DNA of 48,290 bases. Source: a virus (Duplodnaviria; Caudoviricetes). Shown here in pieces: positions 1 through 8,561 of this stretch. Within the stretch, counting starts at the first letter, position 1, and each line of letters opens with the position of its first letter. Location of the stretch: the IMG/VR virus record IMGVR_UViG_3300037601_000122, positions 1 through 48,290 of that record; one strand, written 5' to 3'. Position numbers and translations under genes: made by a program. The notes under the pieces were generated by a model, which was not told the DNA's origin, ran no database searches, and saw nothing but the letters and a program-made list of their open reading frames with translations.

Positions 1-981
1 CTATAAAGCGCGCTCTGGCTGGCCAGTGTCGGCTATGTAGTTCGACGCCCATCGAATGGAGGGGCGCTCAAGCAGATGCCACGACGCAAACGCAGCGAGT
101 ACGCTCAGGATAACAACCGCCCAGGGGGAGAAAGCATCGAAAAACCCGAGGATGGTCCCGATGGGAAAGTGGTAGATGTAGATGCCGTAGCTCAGATCAC
201 CCCAAGGCGCCTTCCTCCCCGTAATTGCTGACAGACGCGCAATGGCCAAAACGAGTGTGATCAGCACAAATGGCAGAGCAAAGGAGATGTAAGGTATCCC
301 GGAGGTTTGGACCAAGTAGAGCGCAACCAGACCGACCGGAAACGCGACGGCCACAAACCCTTTCCTCTCGGCAATCGTTGGTGCGTAGAGCGCGAAAAGA
401 GCGCCGGCAATGAAGAAGTGGGCAGCCGTGAATATGCTCATGTGAAACGGCACCGAAAGGTCGCTGCTCCAGTCAATCTTCGACAAGGCGTATCCTGCGA
501 AGGCATATGTAGCTGCAAATAGCGCCAGTGCCAGCCTTGGACGTTTCATCCAGAACAGCACCGCCGCCGGTAGGAACATATAGAACTGAAATTCCATGAC
601 TAGGGTCCAGAAGGCGCCATGACCATAGACACCCATCGCCAGAAATCTCTCCGACAGTATCAACCAGTCCTGAAATGACAGGAGGGCAATCGCTCCCCTG
701 ATCCATTCCTGAGACTGACCGGTCACCATACCGACCGCGCAGAGGACAAAAACGGTAACGACAATAGGCGGGTAGATTCTGGCGGCTCTCTTGATGAAGT
801 AGCCCCCAAGGTCGTCAGGTCGCCTGGAACAGCTGAGAGTAATCAAGAAGCCGCTGACACAGAAGAAACAGAACACCGCCAATTCGCTACCCCACAGGGG
901 CAATGGCTGAAGGATCGACCAACGCATGTGTCCGGTAAGAACGGTGACTGCCAGAAAGAGCCTGATGTAGTCGAAATTCAT
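1..981 (-). CDS. Acyltransferase family 3 (OafA/YrhL-like O-acetyltransferase)
   Basis: Multi-TM protein with FDYIRLFLA..V..H, AVFCFFCVSGFLI, F..KRAARIYP, WTL..EFQFY, GDLSYGIYIYHFP and SWHLLERP motifs. ATG at 981 preferred over the ORF-track start at 1089. Confidence 0.9.
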   Translation of the reverse strand: MNFDYIRLFLAVTVLTGHMRWSILQPLPLWGSELAVFCFFCVSGFLITLSCSRRPDDLGGYFIKRAARIYPPIVVTVFVLCAVGMVTGQSQEWIRGAIALLSFQDWLILSERFLAMGVYGHGAFWTLVMEFQFYMFLPAAVLFWMKRPRLALALFAATYAFAGYALSKIDWSSDLSVPFHMSIFTAAHFFIAGALFALYAPTIAERKGFVAVAFPVGLVALYLVQTSGIPYISFALPFVLITLVLAIARLSAITGRKAPWGDLSYGIYIYHFPIGTILGFFDAFSPWAVVILSVLAAFASWHLLERPSIRWASNYIADTGQPERAL

Positions 982-1057
982 GCTTCTGATGACACCTGAT
1001 TTGGAATTCTGAGGATCATTAGATGTTAAAGCCGTCGGATTCCATAGTTCGTCTGCG

Positions 1058-1866
1058 GTGAGTTCACCTGAGCCCGGCATCGGGTCCACCGCCTCGATCT
1101 CGTTTCACCGCGTCCAGAGGCGCTCGATCTCAGTCCACGCAGACAATTCGGCCGTATGGCGCGCTTGCAGGTCGGTGGGCCAGCTGGGCGGCGGCTCTCA
1201 GGCTCCCGAGATCCTGTCCCTGATCCGCTTCGCCACGCCAGAGTCTCGCCGGGTCAAGATGGAGTACGCACACGCCAAGGCCATCTGCGACAAGGCCATC
1301 GAACTGGGGCGTTCCTCTATCGCCCTGACCCAGGCCATCCAGTGGGACACCGCGTTGCGGCGTATCCAAATCATCGGCGAATGGTTGCCGGTGGCTGCAG
1401 GCGATACGGGCGTCATTATCCGTAGCAAGACGAAATGGCGGGGCCTGTCAGCCGCCGACATCTCATCTGACAAGGTGCTGACCGTTCCCGCCACCAGCAA
1501 GAGGAAGGCCGCAACCCGGCATGACTGACGGCTTCTCCGCTGGCACTGGAGGTACTCAAGGCGGTGCCGCTGCCGAACCTTGGCCCATTAATCGTATCGG
1601 AGAAAACCGGCATTCCCTATCGGGAAAACTACTATGCCCAGAACTGGCGCGAAGTCGCCAAGGCGGCAGGCGTTCCCGAGGACGTGTTGTCAATGGACGC
1701 AAGGGCCGGCGCCATTTCGGAGGTAGAGGAAGCCACTGGCGACCTCGACGCAGCCCGAAAAATGGCAGGTCACACCACCACTAAGACCACGCTCGTCTAT
1801 GTCAGGAACGACGATTTGGCGAACAACCGTCGAATCGCGGAAGCCCGGTCAAAACTGCGGTCTTGA
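1058..1866 (+). pseudogene. Tyrosine integrase remnant (5'-truncated, frameshifted near 1526)
   Basis: First frame has QWDTALRR (box I Arg) and ends RHD*. Restoring one base gives RHD-LTASPLALEVLKAVPLPNLGP..., continuous with MDARAGAISE (HxxR-like), GHT and VY. It abuts the 3' end of tRNA-Gly. Confidence 0.8.
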
Positions 1867-1892
1867 AACGACCGTGAAACGCATTTGAAACG
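1864..1892 (+). repeat. Three TGAAACG direct repeats at 11-bp spacing (probable integrase arm-type sites)
   Basis: TGAAACG at 1864, 1875 and 1886, between the integrase remnant and the tRNA-Gly 3' end. Confidence 0.55.
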
Positions 1893-1939
1893 GCACTACC
1901 GGCTCAATCGCAAAGCAGCAACGATTTCAAAGAGATAGC

Positions 1940-2013
1940 TGGAGCGGGTAGCGGGAATCGAACCCGCGTATTCAGCTTGGAAGGCTGCTGCTCTACCATT
2001 GAGCTATACCCGC
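1940..2013 (-). tRNA. tRNA-Gly (TCC)
   Basis: Reverse complement GCGGGTATAGCTCAATGGTAGAGC...CT-TCC-AA...GGTTCGATTCCCGCTACCCGCTCCA; cloverleaf with encoded CCA. Confidence 0.97.
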
Positions 2014-2136
2014 CCGAGGGCAATGCCACCGGCACCGATTAGCGCGAACCGGGGCTGGCTGGCAAGGGCTACACAGTCCCGCTTTCCACAATTTGCCTGC
2101 CAGACCAAATTCTTGCGCATCTTGCGTGCTAGGGTG

Positions 2137-2165
2137 TTGACACTAATGCGACAGCCAACCATAAA
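2137..2165 (+). promoter_or_regulatory. Sigma70-type promoter of tRNA-Tyr
   Basis: TTGACA-N17-CATAAA about 48 bp upstream of the tRNA. Confidence 0.6.
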
Positions 2166-2212
2166 CCGCCCCGACGACACGCAAGTTCATGTCGTTTCCT
2201 ACCCGGAAATGT

Positions 2213-2297
2213 GGAGGGGTGGGAGAGTGGTTAAATCCATCAGACTGTAAATCTGACGCCTCAGGCTACACTGGTTCGAATCCAGTCCCCTCCACCA
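2213..2297 (+). tRNA. tRNA-Tyr (GTA), probable prophage integration site
   Basis: GGAGGGGT...CAGACT-GTA-AATCTG, long variable arm, GGTTCGAATCC, CCCCTCCACCA. Confidence 0.97.
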
Positions 2298-2342
2298 CCC
2301 GGCCAAATGGCCATTGATTTTCAAAGACAATTCGGCGGTTTT

Positions 2343-2367
2343 TGGCTAACCTTTTTTCGGTTAGCCA
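2343..2367. repeat. 9-bp inverted repeat TGGCTAACC/GGTTAGCCA (tRNA terminator or att arm sites)
   Basis: Perfect inverted repeat 46 bp downstream of tRNA-Tyr. Confidence 0.45.
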
Positions 2368-2429
2368 TTCGTGCGTTCTGGGTTTGGTCATTCTGGACAC
2401 CCATGGCTAGGCGCGGCAAAGTTGGCGCC

Positions 2430-2843
2430 ATGAAAACATTTCTTGCCGTTTCCATTGCCGTAGCTTCATTGATCCCCCTCCCCTCCTTGGGCCAGGAGTG
2501 GCGGGTCCATTTCAACATGTGTGGGAAGGTGCGTCACACATGCGTAGTCGATGGCGACACCATCTGGCTTGAAGGTATGAACCTCCGACTCGAATCCTAC
2601 GACACTCCAGAACCCTACAATGACATTTGTGGAGGCCGCGCCGAGGTAGAACTGGCGCATCGAGCCAGCCGGCGTTTGTTGGATCTGCTGAACAACAACG
2701 CTTTCACCGTCGCAACCAGCGGGACAGATCGCTACGGTAGGACGTTGGCAACGATCAAGATTGGCGGCCGAGACGTCGGTGACATCCTCATCTCAGAAGG
2801 TTTGGCACGGAGGTGGCCCAACGGGCGCGAGTTCTGGTGCTAA
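2430..2843 (+). CDS. Secreted thermonuclease (SNase-like)
   Basis: Signal peptide MKTFLAVSIAVASLIPLPSLG; catalytic motifs VVDGDT, LRL..YDTPE and DRYGRTLA. Confidence 0.9.
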   Translation: MKTFLAVSIAVASLIPLPSLGQEWRVHFNMCGKVRHTCVVDGDTIWLEGMNLRLESYDTPEPYNDICGGRAEVELAHRASRRLLDLLNNNAFTVATSGTDRYGRTLATIKIGGRDVGDILISEGLARRWPNGREFWC

Positions 2844-3328
2844 TGGTCCGCGTCCCCTCCCTCAATCCCAAACGAGACAAAGAGATTGCCCGGCTGCGGA
2901 AACTCCTGGCCGATCTCGAGCGCATTCCCGCCAAGCATCGGGAGGATGAGTGCGCGGATGAGCGAGAGATCACCATCAGGGCGATGCTTCGCGACCTCGA
3001 CCCTCCGGTCTATCAGTGGACAACCAACGATGATGAGATCGCCGTCGACGCAATCATGGTCGGCATTGGGGGCACTTCTTCCGAGATGATTGGCATCGGT
3101 CTGACCTATGTTGAGCCGATGGGCAGCATCTACTGGAACGCCCGGGTGACCGAGAAAGGTGTTTTCGACGCTGGTGGGGAAACTGGCTGGTGGACAGTGA
3201 AGGATGCCCTTGCCCAGGCGCACGCGCTGCAGCATCGAATGGGCTATGACCGCGTTGTGGTCACGCTCCAGGAAGTCGGTATCTGGCGACCGGAATGGGG
3301 GCGCTTGGCCAAGAGGGAGGGTTTTTGA
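2843..3328 (+). CDS. Hypothetical protein
   Basis: TAATG overlap with the upstream gene and TGATG overlap with the downstream gene. Confidence 0.65.
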   Translation: MVRVPSLNPKRDKEIARLRKLLADLERIPAKHREDECADEREITIRAMLRDLDPPVYQWTTNDDEIAVDAIMVGIGGTSSEMIGIGLTYVEPMGSIYWNARVTEKGVFDAGGETGWWTVKDALAQAHALQHRMGYDRVVVTLQEVGIWRPEWGRLAKREGF

Positions 3329-4002
3329 TGTGCGGGCGTTTCACAAATGAACTGACCTGGTCGCAGCTCCATGCGCTCTACAATATCCACCAGCGCCCAG
3401 CGACGAACCTACCTCCCCGGTTCAACATCGCGCCGACCCAAGATGTCGATTTCGTCCACCTGGACAAGGCCGGCAATATGGAGATGGACCGAGGCCGCTG
3501 GTGGCTGGTGCCGTTCTTCGCCAAGGAACTGCCCAAGGCGGCGATGTTCAATGCCCGGATCGAGACCGTCGATACGTCAGGGGCTTTCCGGGAGGGCTTC
3601 AAGTCCCGTCGCTGCCTGATCCCTGCCGATGGGTATTTCGAATGGACCAAGGCGGAGGATGGCGGCAAGGATCCTTGGCTTCTGCAGCTCCCCGATGGTG
3701 CCCCGTTCAGCTTCGCCGGCATCTGGGCACACAATGACAATCTGGGTGTGACAAGCTGCACCATCATTACGGCGCCGGCAGTGCCGGAGATTTCAGAGAT
3801 CCACAACCGAATGCCGATCATCCTGTCACGCGAAGCCTATGGCACCTGGCTCAACACCGATGTGCAGGGGAAGGACGCCAAGGCCCTGCTGCTAGATGCC
3901 CAGATTGACAGTCAGCTCGAATTCTTCCGGGTCGGTCGCGCCGTGAACAATAGCCGCTATGATGGCAGCGACACCAAGCAGCCCCTGATCAACTCCTTGT
4001 AG
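3328..4002 (+). CDS. SOS response-associated peptidase (SRAP/YedK/HMCES family)
   Basis: N-terminal MCGRF, RFNIAPTQ, NARIET, RCLIPADGYFEW and IHNRMP motifs; GGAGG RBS. Confidence 0.95.
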   Translation: MCGRFTNELTWSQLHALYNIHQRPATNLPPRFNIAPTQDVDFVHLDKAGNMEMDRGRWWLVPFFAKELPKAAMFNARIETVDTSGAFREGFKSRRCLIPADGYFEWTKAEDGGKDPWLLQLPDGAPFSFAGIWAHNDNLGVTSCTIITAPAVPEISEIHNRMPIILSREAYGTWLNTDVQGKDAKALLLDAQIDSQLEFFRVGRAVNNSRYDGSDTKQPLINSL

Positions 4003-4047
4003 GAGCACGTTGCAGGGGCTATTTCTCCCTCAAAAGGAGTTGGATCA

Positions 4048-4314
4048 ATGGAGCTATCAGACTTCAAGATTGGTGAGAACTTCACCTGCAGCGGCCGTCC
4101 ATACAAGTGCACGGACATCGGCTCGCGGGTGGTAGTGGCGATACCGCTGAATGTCGAGGTTTCATCCAAGGCGCACGGCTCCAAAACGCTTAGCCTGGTC
4201 GAAGCTACCCGCGAGGGCTGGTTCAATGGCCCGCCGTATGCGGTGCAGGAGGTCGTATTCGATGAGTACGACCTGGAGCAGTGCGAACTGCCTGACACAG
4301 CGGAAGCTGTTTGA
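4048..4314 (+). CDS. Small acidic hypothetical protein
   Basis: AAGGAG RBS; 88 aa with CTDIG and WFNGPPYAV..VFDEYD segments. Confidence 0.75.
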   Translation: MELSDFKIGENFTCSGRPYKCTDIGSRVVVAIPLNVEVSSKAHGSKTLSLVEATREGWFNGPPYAVQEVVFDEYDLEQCELPDTAEAV

Positions 4315-4658
4315 GCGTGACGACTTCCGCACATGCAATAGCATTTAGAAGGGCCGCTAAGGCTTGCGGCATGACCCAGCAAGAGGTCGCCGACTACGTT
4401 GGATATTCTATCTTCACCGTGAAGAGCTGGTCATTAGGCAGGCGGTCGATTCCTGATGCCGTCTGGGACAAGCTTTCTGAGCTTCACGGAAAGCTTGAGG
4501 CCGCTGCTAAGCTCGCCGCTGAAAACAAGCGCCCAGAGGATCCTTTTTTCTTTCGTGACGCGAGGCAGAGCTTGGAAGCACTGCAACTGCCGAAAGGAAG
4601 CATAAAAGTGGCCGAAGCGATGGCCATAAAAATCGCGTCGACAGCAGACGAGGACTAG
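4311..4658 (+). CDS. XRE-type HTH protein (Aca2/YdiL-like)
   Basis: GMTQQEVADYVGYSIFTVKSWSLGRRSIPD helix-turn-helix; TTGA overlap with the upstream gene. Confidence 0.75.
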   Translation: MSVTTSAHAIAFRRAAKACGMTQQEVADYVGYSIFTVKSWSLGRRSIPDAVWDKLSELHGKLEAAAKLAAENKRPEDPFFFRDARQSLEALQLPKGSIKVAEAMAIKIASTADED

Positions 4659-4990
4659 ATCCTCACCCGCCTCCGCGCCCTCCTGCCCTTCACATGCGGA
4701 CGGTCTACAGACCTCTCCACGCCATAGTCAGGACCAGAGCTGAACGGACCCAGCTCATTACCCGTTACCGGTTGCAGGATCAGACCGAGATCCTTTCCGC
4801 CGCACTTTGAGCAGCGCATTCTGGCCGTGAGCGGGTTCGGTTTCCCGATTGTCACAAAGTCCCGCCCAAACCTTTCAGCCAGCGCATGCAGGTCCAGACT
4901 GGTGTAGTGCCGGCAGAACTGGTTCTCGCAGTGGATCGATAGGCGAAAGCCGTGGTCTATGAGATCGCCAAGGGTGTCGATTGTGGCCAT
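4655..4990 (-). CDS. Zn-ribbon hypothetical protein, predicted LexA-regulated
   Basis: CxxxxC..H and CxxC motifs; SOS box directly upstream of the ATG. Confidence 0.75.
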   Translation of the reverse strand: MATIDTLGDLIDHGFRLSIHCENQFCRHYTSLDLHALAERFGRDFVTIGKPNPLTARMRCSKCGGKDLGLILQPVTGNELGPFSSGPDYGVERSVDRPHVKGRRARRRVRI

Positions 4991-5005
4991 GAACAAGATG
5001 AGAAC
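4991..5005. promoter_or_regulatory. Alphaproteobacterial LexA (SOS) box
   Basis: GAAC-AAGATGA-GAAC, an exact GAAC-N7-GAAC match. Confidence 0.75.
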
Positions 5006-5107
5006 ATCGAGTCATGGTCAGGCGTCAAGCAGGGACGGCGGAGCTTGCTAAGTTCCAACCTCCCTGCCTGAGCCATTTCGTAAGCCCCAGCAGATCGGGC
5101 CTCCGAC

Positions 5108-6292
5108 CTATAGTTCCGGCGTGATGCTCTCAGAGGAAATCTGCAGCTCAAGCTCTTCGGCAATCTTTGTCTCCAGCTCATTGCGCAGGTCGCCCCAAAT
5201 CTCGGTTCTGACTGGGTCGTACGCGTACATAGACGCCGTCATTCGGTCCAGAAGGCCCTCTTCAGAGGGGTGGATATGATAGCGGATTGTGTAGCTGCAC
5301 TCCCCAGCCACACGCAGTTTCAACTGCTGATGCTCGCTCTCCACTCGGGCCGGTTTACCCTCTAGAATTTCTGCCAGGGTTGTATTGAGGACCGTTTGTT
5401 CCAAGAACACCAAGCGTGAGTCGGTCTCGTTGGAGTCAAACCGGTTTTCGCATGACCTGCTGGAGGCCGTATCAAGAAGCGCTCCACGACTATCGAAGTG
5501 CCATTCGTAGACAGAACCTGCTCCGGCTCTCTGGGCCACTGAAGGCTCCCCGTATGTTGAGCGTAGCGCTGTGTCCACGGCTTCATACCTTGGGGACTCA
5601 TCCTCGAGTGGCTCAAACTGCCGCAGGACCGCAACGACCCGCCCATCGACACCATAGACCCCCAGATTGTCCAAAGATACTGGGCCAGCTGCGTTCGGCA
5701 GCTCACGCGGCTCAGTCAGCAAAACATATTGGGCACTTTCAAAATAGTTCGAATTGCTGAAGCCGGCAAAGCCGAACGAAGACCATGAGAACGAGGACAT
5801 CAAACCTCGGTCCTGAAAGGCGCTGTAGCCTTCAATCTCTTCACTGCCACTTGGCATCGGTTGGCCCAAGGCAACGCCCCGTATGACGGCAACCTCTGGT
5901 GCGTTCTCGATCCAACCGTCACCCATATTGCCGCTCAGAAATGGCACCGTTATTGGATCGCGGAGCGACTCAAACGAGAATGTGATGGAGCGATCATCGT
6001 TTCGCACGGCGTCGAAGTTCCCGATGCCACATTTGCCACGGCGCTCTTCTGACGCATAAGCCACAGATGTTGTCGGATCGACCACGCTGGTGCAGTTCCA
6101 CATCACGCCGTCAATATCGACCATAATCCCGGCCTCTGTCACAGAGACCAGAAACTCGGAGTAGCTCATCCCGATCCTGAGGTTTTCCCCATACTGACCC
6201 TCGGCTTCTTCGACAAAGGGCTGAAGAGATTGCGCCTGCGCCGAAGCAGCAGACGAAAGCAGAAATGCGAGGGCGGCAACGAGCTTGGTCAT
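5108..6292 (-). CDS. Exported/periplasmic hypothetical protein (moron)
   Basis: 394-aa acidic ORF with Sec signal peptide MTKLVAALAFLLSSAASAQA; AT-rich upstream region. Confidence 0.75.
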   Translation of the reverse strand: MTKLVAALAFLLSSAASAQAQSLQPFVEEAEGQYGENLRIGMSYSEFLVSVTEAGIMVDIDGVMWNCTSVVDPTTSVAYASEERRGKCGIGNFDAVRNDDRSITFSFESLRDPITVPFLSGNMGDGWIENAPEVAVIRGVALGQPMPSGSEEIEGYSAFQDRGLMSSFSWSSFGFAGFSNSNYFESAQYVLLTEPRELPNAAGPVSLDNLGVYGVDGRVVAVLRQFEPLEDESPRYEAVDTALRSTYGEPSVAQRAGAGSVYEWHFDSRGALLDTASSRSCENRFDSNETDSRLVFLEQTVLNTTLAEILEGKPARVESEHQQLKLRVAGECSYTIRYHIHPSEEGLLDRMTASMYAYDPVRTEIWGDLRNELETKIAEELELQISSESITPEL

Positions 6293-6475
6293 AAGAATCT
6301 CCTAGTCTTATTTTTCACTCTGATAAACCTCGGCATTTTAGTCAAATATTTGTCGCCTCACACATAAATCCCAGAGCGCAACCCAAGAGAAGCGCAGAAG
6401 CAATTGTAAAATTTCCCAATCCGATTTGACGAGTCGGCCGTACCTGTAGTCGTGAAGCAACCAACAGGAGCAACT

Positions 6476-6691
6476 ATGGTCGACCCGAGCTTGACGCTCA
6501 TGGAGCTCATGACCATCCGAGCGTCCGTCCACGCAACCTGCCCCAACGAACACGAATATAAACTCGACCTAAACAAGCTGGCGGACTTGGTGACACCTTT
6601 CGCCCAACTGGATGAGGTGGTTTTAACTAAATCCTGGTGCCCTCACTGCGGTGAGCTTGCAGCTGACTTCTCAATCGCGACTACACAATGA
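6476..6691 (+). CDS. Small Zn-ribbon hypothetical protein
   Basis: AGGAG RBS; CxxxH...CPHCG, with a layout similar to 4655-4990. Confidence 0.65.
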   Translation: MVDPSLTLMELMTIRASVHATCPNEHEYKLDLNKLADLVTPFAQLDEVVLTKSWCPHCGELAADFSIATTQ

Positions 6692-6694
6692 ACC

Positions 6695-7024
6695 CTATTG
6701 CTTTTTTGTGGGCTCCTTTCCTCGGATGCGATCCCAAAGCGCTAGGGGATCTTTGCTGACCAGTGCCACCCAGACAATGAGGTTGCGGCCTGAGATACCC
6801 AGCACTCCCGCGATGCCGTGAGACCAATCCTGGGGCCACCCAAGGCCATTGATGATGGGGTCTGTTGCAATGACTGCGACAGCCATGCCGGCCACCACTG
6901 CCAACACCCCGGTGAGAAACGAATGCCTCTTGATATCGAGCAAGACGGCCAGAACGGCCATGATCGCTGAAGCCATGAGCGTGGAAACCTTGATGCCGAA
7001 AATGTAGGGAGTGGGGTCCGTCAT
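6695..7024 (-). CDS. Holin-like membrane protein
   Basis: About three hydrophobic segments and a basic C-terminus; last gene of the lysis cluster. Confidence 0.6.
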   Translation of the reverse strand: MTDPTPYIFGIKVSTLMASAIMAVLAVLLDIKRHSFLTGVLAVVAGMAVAVIATDPIINGLGWPQDWSHGIAGVLGISGRNLIVWVALVSKDPLALWDRIRGKEPTKKQ

Positions 7025-7081
7025 AGTCTGCCCTGATGGTGTGGAGATGGAGAGGGGCGGAGACGCGGGCCGCCGAGTGGA

Positions 7082-7441
7082 TTAGCGCCGCACGAAGCTC
7101 TGCACGACGCCGACGCCGAAGCGCGAAAGGATGATCCAGCCAGCCCACTCATCGAGGGGCGCCGGCAGGGCCGAGATGTTCCAGTCCTGGGGGAATGGTC
7201 CGCTCTGATGCCAGAGCAGGCTGTAGACGCAAATCGCGCCCCACCAGAGCGCCAGCGGGCCGATAAAGCAGAAGTCGACATACCAGGGCATGGCGACCCG
7301 ATTCTGCAGCCAGGTCTTCACAACATCGGCCTTGAGGCGTTCCCGGTCGCTTTCGGCGTCAATCTTGCGGTCGATGACATCGAACACACGTCCTATGACG
7401 TCACCGGTGAAGAAGCTGACAATCTGGCGAAGGATACTCAC
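7082..7441 (-). CDS. Lysis-associated membrane protein (holin-like)
   Basis: Amphipathic N-terminus plus TM segments, ..ALPAPLDEWAGWII..FG.. C-terminal pattern, GTGA coupling to the upstream gene. Confidence 0.6.
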   Translation of the reverse strand: MSILRQIVSFFTGDVIGRVFDVIDRKIDAESDRERLKADVVKTWLQNRVAMPWYVDFCFIGPLALWWGAICVYSLLWHQSGPFPQDWNISALPAPLDEWAGWIILSRFGVGVVQSFVRR

Positions 7442-7695
7442 GACCCCCTCCCCAGCCGATCCTTACGCATATCGACCTCGGGGTCAGTCGGCAGCACGGC
7501 AGGGCGCGGACGAAGCCAGATATTCACCAGGAACGCCGCGACCAGGAACCAGCGCTGATACTCGGCCGGGATGATGGCGAGGATCTCAGGCGAGTTGAGG
7601 ATTTCCGGCGCGATGAACAGCAGCGCCAGGACGATGTTGAAGAACCACGTCCGCAGGCGAACGATGGTTTCCCAGATACGGTTGGGCATGATCAT
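7438..7695 (-). CDS. Small 2-TM lysis-cluster protein
   Basis: ATGA overlap with the lysin stop; two TM helices (RTWFFNIVLALLF; WFLVAAFLVNIWLR). Confidence 0.6.
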   Translation of the reverse strand: MIMPNRIWETIVRLRTWFFNIVLALLFIAPEILNSPEILAIIPAEYQRWFLVAAFLVNIWLRPRPAVLPTDPEVDMRKDRLGRGS

Positions 7696-8456
7696 GCCTC
7701 CTTTGCGGCTTGAGCCAGCGCAGAAGCGCGCTGTGCATTGACGATGGCTCTGATGATGAGGGGAGCGACGATGACGGCCACCACGGCAACGATGGCCCAC
7801 ACGGGCAGGCCGGACAGGTCCGGCGCCTGGTCGATGCCAACGCCGCTGCCGGTGCCAACGGCGGCACCACCACCCTGCGCCACGGCCTTATCGCGGGCTG
7901 CTTTTGCATCAGCCTCGAGCTGGGCTTTACTGCTGACCCAAGACAGCGCCTTGGCTTCAACGCCGGCCACTCGACGGGACCAGCCCTTGCCGAAGGTGTT
8001 CCAGATCGCCAGCGAGCGAAGGAAGCTCATGCGCCGGCCGCACTGGCCCTTGATGACGACGCGAGGGTCCGACCGCCTGGCGGCCGTGACGGTTACGGGC
8101 CCGATGCGGCCATCCACACCCACGCCCAAGACGCGCTGCAAATCCCTGGACGAGCGCGACACCCCAGAATTGACGCCATAGTCCATGCTCGACAGATCGA
8201 CGCCGGCGGGAAGGTCATCGCCCCGGATCGGCACCCAGTATTTGCCGTGGTAGATGTCGGCAATCTGGCTGTCGGTAAGGTTCTTGATTTCGAGGTGAGG
8301 GAAGGCGGCGGCCGAGATGCCCTTCTTGGTCCCTTTCAGCACCCCTGCCCCGCGCTTGCCCCCAGTCCAGTTGCCCGGGTCGCGAGGATCTGCGGTATAG
8401 CCACCCTCGTGCACAAGCACATCCGCCAGCGCAGGCTGGAAGTTGCCTTTGGCCAT
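7692..8456 (-). CDS. Endolysin, glycoside hydrolase family 108
   Basis: HEGGY..DP.DPG..T..GI, D.GVNSG, LQR.LGV..DG.IGP.T and FGKGW.RRV motifs; C-terminal TM segment. Confidence 0.92.
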   Translation of the reverse strand: MAKGNFQPALADVLVHEGGYTADPRDPGNWTGGKRGAGVLKGTKKGISAAAFPHLEIKNLTDSQIADIYHGKYWVPIRGDDLPAGVDLSSMDYGVNSGVSRSSRDLQRVLGVGVDGRIGPVTVTAARRSDPRVVIKGQCGRRMSFLRSLAIWNTFGKGWSRRVAGVEAKALSWVSSKAQLEADAKAARDKAVAQGGGAAVGTGSGVGIDQAPDLSGLPVWAIVAVVAVIVAPLIIRAIVNAQRASALAQAAKEA

Positions 8457-8480
8457 ATCGGCCTCCTATCGATGTGTTGG

Positions 8481-8511
8481 AAAAGAAAGAGGCGGCCCAG
8501 AGGGACCGCCT
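8481..8511 (-). terminator. Rho-independent terminator after the glycosylation cassette
   Basis: AGGCGGTCCCTCTGGGCCGCCT hairpin followed by CTTTCTTTT on the minus strand. Confidence 0.65.
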
Positions 8512-8561
8512 GTCGTAGCCTTACGAACAGCAGACTTGCCTACGCGATGAAGACGCCTTGG

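Noticed and set aside
1999-2250. 83-aa ORF across the tRNA intergenic region
   Set aside because: Overlaps both tRNAs and the tRNA promoter.
2250-2297. att core duplication
   Set aside because: No second copy of the tRNA-Tyr 3' end was seen; the window ends at the integrase stop, so the other att cannot be called.
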